In this document: piece by piece, positions 49,181 through 58,311 of the stretch
How the letters are laid out: each line of letters opens with the position of its first letter
How positions within the stretch are numbered: position 1 is the stretch's first letter
Source of the DNA: Gemmatimonadota bacterium
GTDB lineage: Bacteria; 4572-55; J002
Length of the DNA stretch: 64,000 nt
Direction: 5' to 3'
Assembly (NCBI GenBank): GCA_003697105.1
Contig: RFFQ01000013.1
Span: 1-64,000, forward strand
The notes under the pieces: generated by a model
What the model was told of the DNA's origin: nothing
The model's input: the letters and a program-made list of their open reading frames with translations, nothing else
Databases searched by the model: none
Program-made: the position numbers and the translations under genes

Positions 49181-49993
49181 TCAATCAAATTGAGTTGGTG
49201 GGTCATCCCGACGAACGGCTTCCAAAATCTGGGTGATTTCTTCCTCCGTGGGTTCTAAATCATGGCTATCGGCGCGACCTTCTACAAACTGCTGTAACAG
49301 ACGATTATCGGTGGTACGCGCATCCTCCGGCGTACCCCGATAAGCGATTTTGCCCTCGTGGAACATCACCATCCGGTCTGCAACTTTGAACGCGCTCTTC
49401 ATATCATGTGTGATGACAATCGAGGTGATAGAGAGATTTTCCCGTAAACGAATGATCAACTCGTTGATCACATCTGACATAATCGGGTCCAGACCGGTGG
49501 TGGGTTCATCATAGAGAACGTAATCCGGGTCCATAATGATTGCCCGAGCCAATCCAACCCGTTTGCGCATCCCTCCGCTTAATTCCGACGGGTTCAAATG
49601 TTCAATGTTATGTAATCCGACTAAATCCAAGCAATGGCTCACTTTTTTCTGGATCTCTTGAGGAGTCATATTGGTATGTTCGCGCAACGGCAACCCCACG
49701 TTTTCCGCTACCGTCAGCGAGTCAAACAACGCGCCACTCTGAAACAAAAAGCCAAACCGAATCCGGACTTCGTAGAGCCGTTTTTTGGTCATCTTAGCGA
49801 TTTCTTCCCCATCAACATAAACCGCCCCGCGATCCGGCGTGAGCAACCCGACGATGTGTTTAAGCATCACACTTTTCCCACAACCGGATCGACCCAGCAC
49901 GACGAAGGTTTCACCGTCATAAATGTCCATGCTGATACCACGCAAAACGTGCTTGGTACCAAAACTTTTATGTAAATCAACGATTTTGATCAT
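49181..49993 (-). CDS. MlaF/Mkl-type ABC ATP-binding protein
   Basis: GRSGCGKS, 'FQSGALFDSLTV', 'PSELSGGMRKRVGLARA', 'YDEPTTGLDP'. Confidence 0.92.
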   Translation of the reverse strand: MIKIVDLHKSFGTKHVLRGISMDIYDGETFVVLGRSGCGKSVMLKHIVGLLTPDRGAVYVDGEEIAKMTKKRLYEVRIRFGFLFQSGALFDSLTVAENVGLPLREHTNMTPQEIQKKVSHCLDLVGLHNIEHLNPSELSGGMRKRVGLARAIIMDPDYVLYDEPTTGLDPIMSDVINELIIRLRENLSITSIVITHDMKSAFKVADRMVMFHEGKIAYRGTPEDARTTDNRLLQQFVEGRADSHDLEPTEEEITQILEAVRRDDPPTQFD

Positions 49994-50093
49994 ATTTTTC
50001 TCACGTGTCCGTTTTAAAATGCGTGACCGCCCTAATCTAGGAGAAATAGGATCGAAAGTCAATGTACAAATTTAACCAAGAGGATAGAGCTTT

Positions 50094-51140
50094 ATGCGAT
50101 ATATTTCAACAACGATAGCCATTATGCTGGCGATGATTTACCTGACCGGTTGCCAGCAGAAGCCCTCCGGTCAAGCAACCTCAGAACACCAGCCCTCAAC
50201 CCCCACCAAAACGCAATATCTCACGATTGGTACCGGGGGTGTAACGGGGGTTTATTTTCCGGTCGGTGGCGCCATTGCGAAACTAATTAACAGCGCCAAT
50301 ACCGGTATCAACATTACGGTCGAATCAACCGGTGGCTCGGTCTTCAATGCCATTTCAATGGGAAATGGTCAGTTGGATTTGGGAATGACCCAATCGGATG
50401 TCGCCTATCAAGCATATCATGGCGAAGGCGAATTTGAAGGTAAAGCCATTGAATCGTTACGGGTACTGTTTAGCTTACACCCGGAACCGATGCACCTCAT
50501 TGCTCGCCGGGATGCCAATATTACCCGCGTTACAGACCTTGCCGGAAAAAAAGTCAATCTGGGTAATCCGGGCTCCGGCACCTTGAACTTCGCGAACGCA
50601 ATTTTAGCGGCATATGGTATGTCTGAAGACGATTTGGGTAAAGCCGAATTTTTGAAAGCCTCTGAAGCGCCCGATTTCCTGCGGGACGGTCGAATTGACG
50701 CCTTTTTCTATCCCGCCGGCGTCGGCAATGCCGCCGTGCAGGATATTTGCACCACAACGGACGTGGTGCTTATTCCGATTATGGATGACGCCGCCGAGAC
50801 GCTCATTCGGGAAAATCCGTATTATGCCAAATCGGTCATTCCGCCAGGTATTTATAACTCGGTAGATGAACCCGTGCCAACTGTGGGAGTCAAAGCGTTA
50901 TTTTCCACCACAACCCGCATCAGTGAAGAAACAGCCTATACCATCGTTAAAACAGTGTTGGATAATTTTGAGGCATTTAAGGCGGCTCATGGCGCGCTGG
51001 CTTCGTTGGAACCGGCAAATTTACTGGAAGCCATCCCCATTGATCTCCATCCGGGCAGTGAGCGGGCATTTAAGGAAGCCGGTTTAATTGGAGAGAAGCA
51101 GAGTACCCCGGCGGAAGACAGCACGGCAACACCGGAATAA
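50094..51140 (+). CDS. TAXI family TRAP solute-binding lipoprotein
   Basis: Lipobox LTG-C; 'IGTGGVTGVYF', 'STGGSVFN', 'QSDV', 'GNPGSG', 'LHPG'. Confidence 0.93.
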   Translation: MRYISTTIAIMLAMIYLTGCQQKPSGQATSEHQPSTPTKTQYLTIGTGGVTGVYFPVGGAIAKLINSANTGINITVESTGGSVFNAISMGNGQLDLGMTQSDVAYQAYHGEGEFEGKAIESLRVLFSLHPEPMHLIARRDANITRVTDLAGKKVNLGNPGSGTLNFANAILAAYGMSEDDLGKAEFLKASEAPDFLRDGRIDAFFYPAGVGNAAVQDICTTTDVVLIPIMDDAAETLIRENPYYAKSVIPPGIYNSVDEPVPTVGVKALFSTTTRISEETAYTIVKTVLDNFEAFKAAHGALASLEPANLLEAIPIDLHPGSERAFKEAGLIGEKQSTPAEDSTATPE

Positions 51141-51165
51141 TCCTTATCAGAGGTTGTTTTATCCA

Positions 51166-51233
51166 AGGCGGAGAGGGTAGCTTCTTCGCCTCTTTTTATA
51201 TAAAAACCCGGTCTCACTGCCGTAAGACCGGGC
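51166..51233. terminator. Two back-to-back terminators between convergent genes
   Basis: AGGCGGAGAGG-GTAG-CTTCTTCGCCT-CTTTTT on plus; AAAAA-CCCGGTCT...AGACCGGG on minus. Confidence 0.75.
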
Positions 51234-51283
51234 TCACCCACCCTTCACAAAACCTGTTAGGAGGAGGTTTTGAGGAGGAAAAC

Positions 51284-52723
51284 TTATAAACCTTCCTTAA
51301 TGGCTTTAACTCCCCATTTGAAGGCTTCTTCATTCATCGGAATCATCGCACATTTGTGCGCCAACGCTTGCCGGATGGCAGTCAAAAAAGTCTCTTCTGG
51401 GAAAAGATTCGTCACCGCCTGTAAGGCACCCAACGCCACAATATTTTTCACGACGGCTCGACCCAAATCAACGGCAATTTCCGTGAACGGCACACCGTAC
51501 ATCTGCGTGTTGTGGTTGAATGATGGCGGGTCACTAATGACGGAGCTGTTATAGAGGATCACGCCGCCCGGGGCGACATCGGGACCAAATTTGACCAAAC
51601 TCGGCATATTGAACGCAATCAATACGTTCGGCTTTGGTGATGCCGGTGATAGCACTTCATCCTTGGCAATGTGAACATCCGCATACGAGGTGCCCCCTCG
51701 CGATTCGGGACCATAGCTTGGGATGTGAGTCGCATCAAAACCTTCGTTAATCGCCATTTGGGTCAATAACAAGGCGGCGGTTTGTGCACCATCACCACCG
51801 GCACCCGCCAGTTTAAAGGAAATATCATACGGGTGCAGATGTTCCGGGAATTTGCTGGCAAAACGGGGGGCGGCTTCTCGTGCACCACCGGTGATAATAT
51901 CGGTCACTTTTTCCGGATCATGGATCGGATAAAACGGTTTGAATTCGCGCTCTGGGGCGATCTCTTCAATGATGTCCTTTTTCACGCCGAGGGGAAAGAT
52001 CGGCACCATGTTCTCTTCGACCCATTTTTCGGTCTCTAAAGTGGAAAGTTTAAGATGAGTGGGGCATTCCGCCAACACCTCGATAAAGGTAAATCCTTTG
52101 TTTTCAACCTGATATTGAATGCCCTTTTTGATTGCTTTTTTCGCCCGATTGCGTTGCTTATTGTTAAATAGCGCAACCCGTTCCACATAGACGGGACCAT
52201 CCAATCCGGCGATAAGTTCTGCTACCCGGAAAGGTTGCCCCATAAAATTATTCCGTCCGTAGGGTGAAGTAGATGTTTTTTGGCTCATTAACGTGGTTGG
52301 CGCCATCTGGCCACCGGTCATCCCATAAATGGCATTGTTGATGAAAATAACGGTAATCGGTAGCCCAATCTGCGCACTGTGGACAATCTCTGCCAACCCA
52401 ATCGAGGCTAAATCACCATCCCCTTGATAACTGATCACAATGGATTCAGGGTTTGCCAGTTTATGTCCCAGTGCTACAACCGGTGCCCGGCCATGTGCCG
52501 CTTGGGAATTCCCCACATCCATATAATAGTACAAAAAGACACTACACCCAACCGGAGAAATCGCCACGGTACGATCTTGAATCCCCAATTCATCAATCGC
52601 TTCTGCCATATACTTATGAGCCAAGCCGTGTCCGCAACCCGGACAGTAGTGAGTCGCGTGACCTTTTAAACCTTTTCCGTGAGCATGTCGATCAAATTTA
52701 TCATAAAATGCACTGACACTCAT
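51284..52723 (-). CDS. 2-oxoacid:ferredoxin oxidoreductase, fused beta (TPP) and gamma subunits (Vor-like)
   Basis: 'YCPGCGH', 'SPVGC', 'GDGD...NNAIYGMTGGQ', 'ECPT'; gamma 'AGAGGDG', 'SYGPESRGG'. Confidence 0.92.
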   Translation of the reverse strand: MSVSAFYDKFDRHAHGKGLKGHATHYCPGCGHGLAHKYMAEAIDELGIQDRTVAISPVGCSVFLYYYMDVGNSQAAHGRAPVVALGHKLANPESIVISYQGDGDLASIGLAEIVHSAQIGLPITVIFINNAIYGMTGGQMAPTTLMSQKTSTSPYGRNNFMGQPFRVAELIAGLDGPVYVERVALFNNKQRNRAKKAIKKGIQYQVENKGFTFIEVLAECPTHLKLSTLETEKWVEENMVPIFPLGVKKDIIEEIAPEREFKPFYPIHDPEKVTDIITGGAREAAPRFASKFPEHLHPYDISFKLAGAGGDGAQTAALLLTQMAINEGFDATHIPSYGPESRGGTSYADVHIAKDEVLSPASPKPNVLIAFNMPSLVKFGPDVAPGGVILYNSSVISDPPSFNHNTQMYGVPFTEIAVDLGRAVVKNIVALGALQAVTNLFPEETFLTAIRQALAHKCAMIPMNEEAFKWGVKAIKEGL

Positions 52724-54204
52724 GCGGACACCTCCTTTAGCGAAAGAACTTTTTCGACAATTTCGTGTTGTTGCGGTAAAATTCCGCCGAAATGCCGGAT
52801 CGCCTCAATCGGAGGATGATTCTGGAGACCGGCTTTACTCAGTGCCAGCCGCAATTCATCTTCCAACTGACCGTTACTAGCTTCTGCCATGACGATCCGG
52901 TTGGCGTTTTTCAGCACCGGTTTCAGCAGATCAATGGGAAAGGGCCAAACGGTAATTGGACGGAACAGACCCGCTTTGATGCCCTTATCCCGCAACTCCT
53001 GTACGGCGCCTTTTGCCATCCGGGAAGGTGTGTTACATGCCATGATGATCACCTCAGCATCATCACAGTAGAACACATCGGCTCGTTGTTCGTTCGCTAT
53101 CATTTCCTCATATTTTTGATTCAGATGTGCATTATGCTCTTCTAGGTCTGTTTCGGAAAGTTGAATTGAGCAAATCAAATTACCGCGATGATTCCGGTCG
53201 CCATAAACTGCCCATTCGGGGATACCGGGTTTGCGCATGGTTTGCGGTAACATCACTTTACCCGTCATCTGACCCAGATACCCATCGGCTAAAATCACCA
53301 CCGGATTGCGATATTTGAAACTAAGTTCAAACGCCAGCATGGTCAAATCGAGCATTTCCTGCGGGGTAGAAGGAGTCAGCACCACAGCATGGGTATTTCC
53401 ATGACCCAAACCGCGACAAGCAAGTTTAATATCGGCTTGCTCTGGGGCAATATTGCCGAGACCGGGACCCCCCCGCATCACATTGATGAAAACGCCCGGC
53501 ACTTCCGCACCGATCATATATGAGATACCTTCCAACATTAAGCTAAAGCCGGGTGAAGAAGTAAAGGTCATGGAAGCTAACCCTGCACCGCCGGTACCAT
53601 ACATCATATTTACCGTAGCCACTTCACTCACCGCTTGAAAAAAGACACCATCCAGTAGCGGTTGCAACTTTGCCATTAACTCCGCACCTTCGGTGGAAGG
53701 AGTAATCGGGTAGCCATAAAAATGACGACAACCGGCTAAAACTGCCCCGACTGCCGCCGCGTATGTTCCTTTTAGGACCAAAGGTTCTTTATGCGATAGT
53801 GGTACCATCTCGTCCGGTATGGGTTGGGGCGTTGGTGCCGAAGTGTGGCGCGGACCAAACAATGCTGAAGGGTCTTCTAGTTCATAGTCAGATTGAATAT
53901 ATTCTTTAACATCATCAAAGTTAATTAAGCCTTCCAGCTTTTCTTTGGCGAACCCTGCCCCATCTGTACCCAGATAGCGCAAACTTAAGCCAAAAGGTTC
54001 TGGACAAGCGCTGACACATAAGCCACAACCATTACATTTTTCCAGATCGAGATTTACCGGGATAAGCCCCGTTAAAGGGTTAATTTCGGTGCCCATCGTT
54101 ATGCAATCTTTCGTACATGCTTCGATACAGCGCCCGCACCCCTTGCAATACTCTGGAAACAGAAAAGGCTTTGGCTTCTCTTTAAGCTTGGATACTTTTG
54201 CCAT
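52720..54204 (-). CDS. 2-oxoacid:ferredoxin oxidoreductase, fused delta (2x[4Fe-4S]) and alpha subunits (Vor-like)
   Basis: AAGGAG RBS; CKGCGRCIEAC and CNGCGLCVSACP; 'GYPITPS', 'TSSPGFSL', 'RGGPGLGNI'. Confidence 0.92.
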   Translation of the reverse strand: MAKVSKLKEKPKPFLFPEYCKGCGRCIEACTKDCITMGTEINPLTGLIPVNLDLEKCNGCGLCVSACPEPFGLSLRYLGTDGAGFAKEKLEGLINFDDVKEYIQSDYELEDPSALFGPRHTSAPTPQPIPDEMVPLSHKEPLVLKGTYAAAVGAVLAGCRHFYGYPITPSTEGAELMAKLQPLLDGVFFQAVSEVATVNMMYGTGGAGLASMTFTSSPGFSLMLEGISYMIGAEVPGVFINVMRGGPGLGNIAPEQADIKLACRGLGHGNTHAVVLTPSTPQEMLDLTMLAFELSFKYRNPVVILADGYLGQMTGKVMLPQTMRKPGIPEWAVYGDRNHRGNLICSIQLSETDLEEHNAHLNQKYEEMIANEQRADVFYCDDAEVIIMACNTPSRMAKGAVQELRDKGIKAGLFRPITVWPFPIDLLKPVLKNANRIVMAEASNGQLEDELRLALSKAGLQNHPPIEAIRHFGGILPQQHEIVEKVLSLKEVSA

Positions 54205-54243
54205 GCGTCTGCTCCTTACTATATGAGGGTTAGCTATAAGTCC

Positions 54244-54268
54244 AGCATTAATGAAAGTCATTAATGCT
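54244..54268. promoter_or_regulatory. Palindromic operator candidate in the oxidoreductase leader
   Basis: AGCATTAATGA-AAG-TCATTAATGCT, 11-bp perfect arms. Confidence 0.6.
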
Positions 54269-54308
54269 ATTTATTATCGGATATATTTAATAGTCGATAG
54301 TTTAGTCC

Positions 54309-54337
54309 ATTTTAATACTTTATTGACTATCCGTCAA
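54309..54337 (-). promoter_or_regulatory. Sigma70-type promoter for the oxidoreductase operon
   Basis: Minus strand TTGACG-17 bp-TAAAAT. Confidence 0.65.
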
Positions 54338-54468
54338 GAGATATTTTCATCTTTTAATAAAAAAGAGAAGAATACGGGTGAGTTCCGGGTGTGAGCGGTA
54401 ACAGGGGCGGCGCCGTGTGAAAGCGCGCCGCTCCTGTGCATTATTTGAGGTATTTAAAAGAAAATGTG

Positions 54469-54756
54469 TTAATCAAGGGAAGTGCGGGCAAGAAGTCGAG
54501 TTTTGCGGAGAACTAACCACACAATCACAAAATCCAACACAGCGCTACCTAACAAACCCACTAACGATTGAATTTCCAGATACTTTTCGGTGTAAACATA
54601 TAAACCTAAATTGGCAATACCAAACAAAAACCACGAAAACCAACTCACTCCCTCCACATGGTGGGAACGAAAAATTTTAATCAGTTGAATAACCGTAGCC
54701 GTCGGAATAATAATACCGGGCAACCAACCCATCCACGTAACAATATTTGGTGGCAT
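54469..54756 (-). CDS. SemiSWEET / PQ-loop-like 3-TM protein
   Basis: GGAG RBS; 'IQLIKIFRSHHVEGVS', three hydrophobic segments. Confidence 0.75.
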   Translation of the reverse strand: MPPNIVTWMGWLPGIIIPTATVIQLIKIFRSHHVEGVSWFSWFLFGIANLGLYVYTEKYLEIQSLVGLLGSAVLDFVIVWLVLRKTRLLARTSLD

Positions 54757-54847
54757 TATAAATAATCTCCATTAATTGAAAGGTGACAAAACAAGCAACT
54801 CTGACATTTTCATCAGTGAAGATACGATCTATCCCGAAAAAATGAAA

Positions 54848-54883
54848 GAGTCTGGTTTAAAAAATTGCGTTTAAACCAGACTC
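54848..54883 (-). terminator. Hairpin downstream of feoB
   Basis: GAGTCTGGTTTAAA-N8-TTTAAACCAGACTC, 14-bp perfect stem. Confidence 0.7.
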
Positions 54884-54940
54884 AACAACAGGAACATCCC
54901 CCCAATGGTAGTCAGGGGGTTTTCTTCTCCCTCCCGAACC

Positions 54941-57169
54941 TTACGAAAACAAGCGTACCAGTGTCGCCACCAATACGGTCACCACAACTCCGATGCCGAG
55001 TGGCAACAGGGCACCGATAGCCGTCCACTTCGCACTTTTTGTTTCCTTCCAAATGGTCAAAATGGTGGTAGAACACGGATTGTGTAACAAGGCAAACAAC
55101 ATCAAATTCACCGCCGTCAGGATCGTCCATCCAGCGTGATCAACCAGCAACGCGCGTAACTGGCTCATTTCTTCCAATTGAAACATCATTCCGGCGTTCG
55201 CATAGCCCATCAAAATGGTCGGGACGACAATCTCATTTGCCGGAATCGCGACAATATAGGATAGCAAAATGATCCCATCCAAACCCATCAGATGACCCAG
55301 CGGTTGCAAAAATCCAGCGATATGTTGAGTCAAAGAGACACCACCAACCGTGATGTTGCCTAACAACCAAATGATCCCCCCCGCCGGCGCCGCCATGATA
55401 ATCGCCCGCCAGAGCACAAATATCGTGCGGTCAATCAGTGAGGTATAGAGAATCTGACCCACATTCGGTTTGCGGTAAGGTGGCAGTTCCAGCGTGAAGC
55501 TACTGGCTTCCCCTTTCAACAGTGTGCGGGAAAGCATCCAAGAAACCCCAAAGGTAAACGCAATCCCGATCAGGACGACACCTGTGACCGTACCGGCGGC
55601 GATCAGGGAAGCAACTACTGGCGGGAAAGACGCCGCCATAAAAATCACGGCCAGCATAATCAAGGTGGGGAACCGCCCATTACACGGCACAAAATTGTTG
55701 GTTACAATGGCAAGAAGCCGTTCGCGTGGGGATTCAATAATTCGGGTGGAGATGACCCCCGCGGCATTACAGCCAAACCCCATGCTCATGGTCAAGGCTT
55801 GCTTGCCGTGCGCTCCAGCTTTTTTGAAGAGCCAATCCAGATTGAATGCGACCCGGGGCAAATAGCCTAAATCCTCCAAAATGGTAAATAGCGGGAAAAA
55901 TATCGCCATCGGGGGCAACATCACGGAAACAACCCACGCTAACCCCCGGAACACACCATGTGCCACAAACCCAGTCAACCACCACGGCGAACCCAGTATG
56001 TTCATCAATCCGGCTAACTGATCCTCAACCCAAAACAGACCGGACGCCAGCATTGATGAGGGGACATTAGCGCCAGCAATGGTCAACCAAAAAATACCCG
56101 CCAGTAACAGAAACATAAGCGGTAATCCCCAAACTGGTGAAGTGACCCAGCGATCAATCTTTTGATCCAAATCGTACTTTTTATGAGAATCCGTGCGAAT
56201 AACCCGATCCGCAATCATTTCCGCATTATTGTACAGGTCGATCACGACCATATCTCGAAAGTTGCGGCTCAACCGGGATCGAATTTGACTCGCCGTTTGT
56301 AATAACGACCGCCCCGATCCGGAAGGGTCATTCTTACTGACGGAAGTACCCTCTTCGCGCCCGTTTTCGTTTCCATTCTCTTCAAGGAAAATCTGCCACT
56401 CATTCCGTTCAATGGCTTGTTGCACGCGGATATCTCCGTCCAATAATCGCATTGCCACCCAACGGGCGTTCGGTAACTCTGGAAATTGGGCTTCAATGAG
56501 TGGTGTTAATTGGTCGAGTGCCGCTTGCAACTGCGGGTTAACCGTTGCACGGCGTGGATTTGTACGGATACGCCCATTGACCACTTCAGACACAGCTTGC
56601 ACCAACAAATGCAGCCCATCTCCGGTCTGAGCGACCGTAGGAACGACCGGCACACCCAACTCCTTCGCTAATTTACGATGATCCACCTCGATTCCCCGCC
56701 GTTTTGCCTCATCCATCAGATTGAGGCAAACAACCACTTTACCGGTAATCTCCAAAATCTGCAACACGAGATTGAGATTGCGTTCCAACACCGTGGCATC
56801 CACTACGACAATCGTACAATCCGGTTGTCCGAACAGCAAGAAGTCCCGGGCGATTTCTTCATCAACCGATGCCGAAAGTAATGAATAGGTACCCGGAAGA
56901 TCGATCAATTTATAAGTTTTACCGGCTTGCGAAAAACCGCCTTCGGCACGGGAAACCGTCTTACCCGGCCAATTGCCAGTATGTTGTTTCAGACCGGTTA
57001 ATTTGTTGAAGACCGTACTCTTTCCAGTGTTGGGATTCCCTGCCAGTGCGACCACGTAATCCCATTTTTGGACATCAATCCCCAAGCGAGACAAATTCAA
57101 CTGGCAGGTATCACAGGCACTGCCAAATACACTTGACTTAGGCTGGTGAACTTCAGTTGTGGTTGCCAT
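54941..57169 (-). CDS. feoB: Ferrous iron transporter FeoB
   Basis: GNPNTGKS, 'GNWPGKTV', DLPGTYS, NLMDE; gate motifs 'LEDLGYLPR', 'GFGCN', 'ELPPY', 'NPC'. Confidence 0.97.
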   Translation of the reverse strand: MATTTEVHQPKSSVFGSACDTCQLNLSRLGIDVQKWDYVVALAGNPNTGKSTVFNKLTGLKQHTGNWPGKTVSRAEGGFSQAGKTYKLIDLPGTYSLLSASVDEEIARDFLLFGQPDCTIVVVDATVLERNLNLVLQILEITGKVVVCLNLMDEAKRRGIEVDHRKLAKELGVPVVPTVAQTGDGLHLLVQAVSEVVNGRIRTNPRRATVNPQLQAALDQLTPLIEAQFPELPNARWVAMRLLDGDIRVQQAIERNEWQIFLEENGNENGREEGTSVSKNDPSGSGRSLLQTASQIRSRLSRNFRDMVVIDLYNNAEMIADRVIRTDSHKKYDLDQKIDRWVTSPVWGLPLMFLLLAGIFWLTIAGANVPSSMLASGLFWVEDQLAGLMNILGSPWWLTGFVAHGVFRGLAWVVSVMLPPMAIFFPLFTILEDLGYLPRVAFNLDWLFKKAGAHGKQALTMSMGFGCNAAGVISTRIIESPRERLLAIVTNNFVPCNGRFPTLIMLAVIFMAASFPPVVASLIAAGTVTGVVLIGIAFTFGVSWMLSRTLLKGEASSFTLELPPYRKPNVGQILYTSLIDRTIFVLWRAIIMAAPAGGIIWLLGNITVGGVSLTQHIAGFLQPLGHLMGLDGIILLSYIVAIPANEIVVPTILMGYANAGMMFQLEEMSQLRALLVDHAGWTILTAVNLMLFALLHNPCSTTILTIWKETKSAKWTAIGALLPLGIGVVVTVLVATLVRLFS

Positions 57170-58118
57170 ACATTACCCCTCCCGGTTCATTTAGTGGTGT
57201 AATATAAATCAACTTTGCCTGATCCTTGCGCAAGGCGACTTTTGTACCGCGAATGACATACATGGTGGGGTCTCCTCCAAAAGAACTGGGCATCTCATTC
57301 CGAATTTTTGCACCCGGAGTAATGCCCAAATCCAGCAAACGACGGCGAGTTAATCCTTGTAGTTGTTCCGATAGATCAAGTACCCGTGCTTGTTTGCCTC
57401 GCGGTAAATCGGCAAGGGTTTGTTTTGGAAAGGCTGGTTTTTCCGTTAACAGATGGACATCAATCTGATTTGCTTCAATGGTATCCAATGCAAGATCACG
57501 CCCTTCGTAGTGCACAATCACCTTGCCATCTTGACGGTCTCTCACCTCAATTAGGGTATGAACCCGAAAACCGTAAGCAGATAATTTTTTAAATACCGCT
57601 TCGGGTTCATCTTCCAAATGAATAATTTTTGCTATATCCCCCACATCCAAATCAGAAAGTGTCACGACGGGTTGTCTTGCGACATACCCGTCACGGTTCG
57701 GGATCGGGTCACCGTGGGGGTCAACATCTGGATAACCCAAGTGTGCATCCAGCTTATCCAGGTCAGAGCGTGTCAGATCGTGCTCCTTGCGTTCAGCATA
57801 TTTGTGCAAATCCGAGAACGAAATATCCGTTTCCCAACTTAAATAGGTCTCCCAAAGTCGGTGGGCACGGATAATTTGTAAAGCAACTTCCTGCCCTTGG
57901 GATGACAAAGAAAGCCCCTCGGGTTTGAGTTCAACTAATTTTAGCTGCTCTAAAATCCGAACAATATTCAGTATCTCCGCTTCGGAGAGACCAAGCACTC
58001 CCTTTAATCCTTTTAACGAGGCTAAATTATGCTTTTCCGATTGAGTATAGATAAATTTGAGCGCATCTTCGCAATAAATGCGTTCTATTTTTTTCGCCAA
58101 TTGGCGTTGCAGTCCCAT
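57153..58118 (-). CDS. DtxR/MntR family metal-dependent repressor with two C-terminal FeoA domains
   Basis: 'EDALKFIY', 'IRAHRLWETYL', 'AERKEH', 'DPHGDPIP'; FeoA 'RRRLLDLGITPG...GDP...IRGTKVALR'. Confidence 0.92.
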   Translation of the reverse strand: MGLQRQLAKKIERIYCEDALKFIYTQSEKHNLASLKGLKGVLGLSEAEILNIVRILEQLKLVELKPEGLSLSSQGQEVALQIIRAHRLWETYLSWETDISFSDLHKYAERKEHDLTRSDLDKLDAHLGYPDVDPHGDPIPNRDGYVARQPVVTLSDLDVGDIAKIIHLEDEPEAVFKKLSAYGFRVHTLIEVRDRQDGKVIVHYEGRDLALDTIEANQIDVHLLTEKPAFPKQTLADLPRGKQARVLDLSEQLQGLTRRRLLDLGITPGAKIRNEMPSSFGGDPTMYVIRGTKVALRKDQAKLIYITPLNEPGGVMYGNHN

Positions 58119-58154
58119 AATAACCTCCCATTTTAAATGTAGGCTTAATTCATT

Positions 58155-58197
58155 TTTAGACGTAGCTAAATATATCCGTAGATATACCTAAAGTCAA
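58155..58197 (-). promoter_or_regulatory. Sigma70 promoter overlapped by two DtxR/MntR-type boxes
   Basis: Minus strand TTGACT (58197-92)-17 bp-TATATT (58174-69); boxes TTTAG-N6-CTAAA (58155-70) and CGTAG-N6-CTAAA (58177-92). Confidence 0.8.
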
Positions 58198-58229
58198 GTT
58201 AAAAAATAAATTGAACCCCTAAAATACAC

Positions 58230-58263
58230 AAAGCCCTTAGTGTTTTGAAGCACTAAGGGCTTT
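58230..58263 (-). terminator. Terminator after lutB
   Basis: AAAGCCCTTAGTG-N8-CACTAAGGGCTTT. Confidence 0.8.
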
Positions 58264-58311
58264 CTGAAATAAGACCGGAAGCAGGGTCAAGAGGGTGGAT
58301 TCACCTCGTAG

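Noticed and set aside
54205-54261. N-terminal extension of the oxidoreductase in the ORF track
   Set aside because: Better RBS at ATG 54204; the upstream ATG is part of the palindrome
54391-54437. GC-rich hairpin as ncRNA or tRNA
   Set aside because: Single stem-loop with no cloverleaf or riboswitch motif; probably a transcript-end structure
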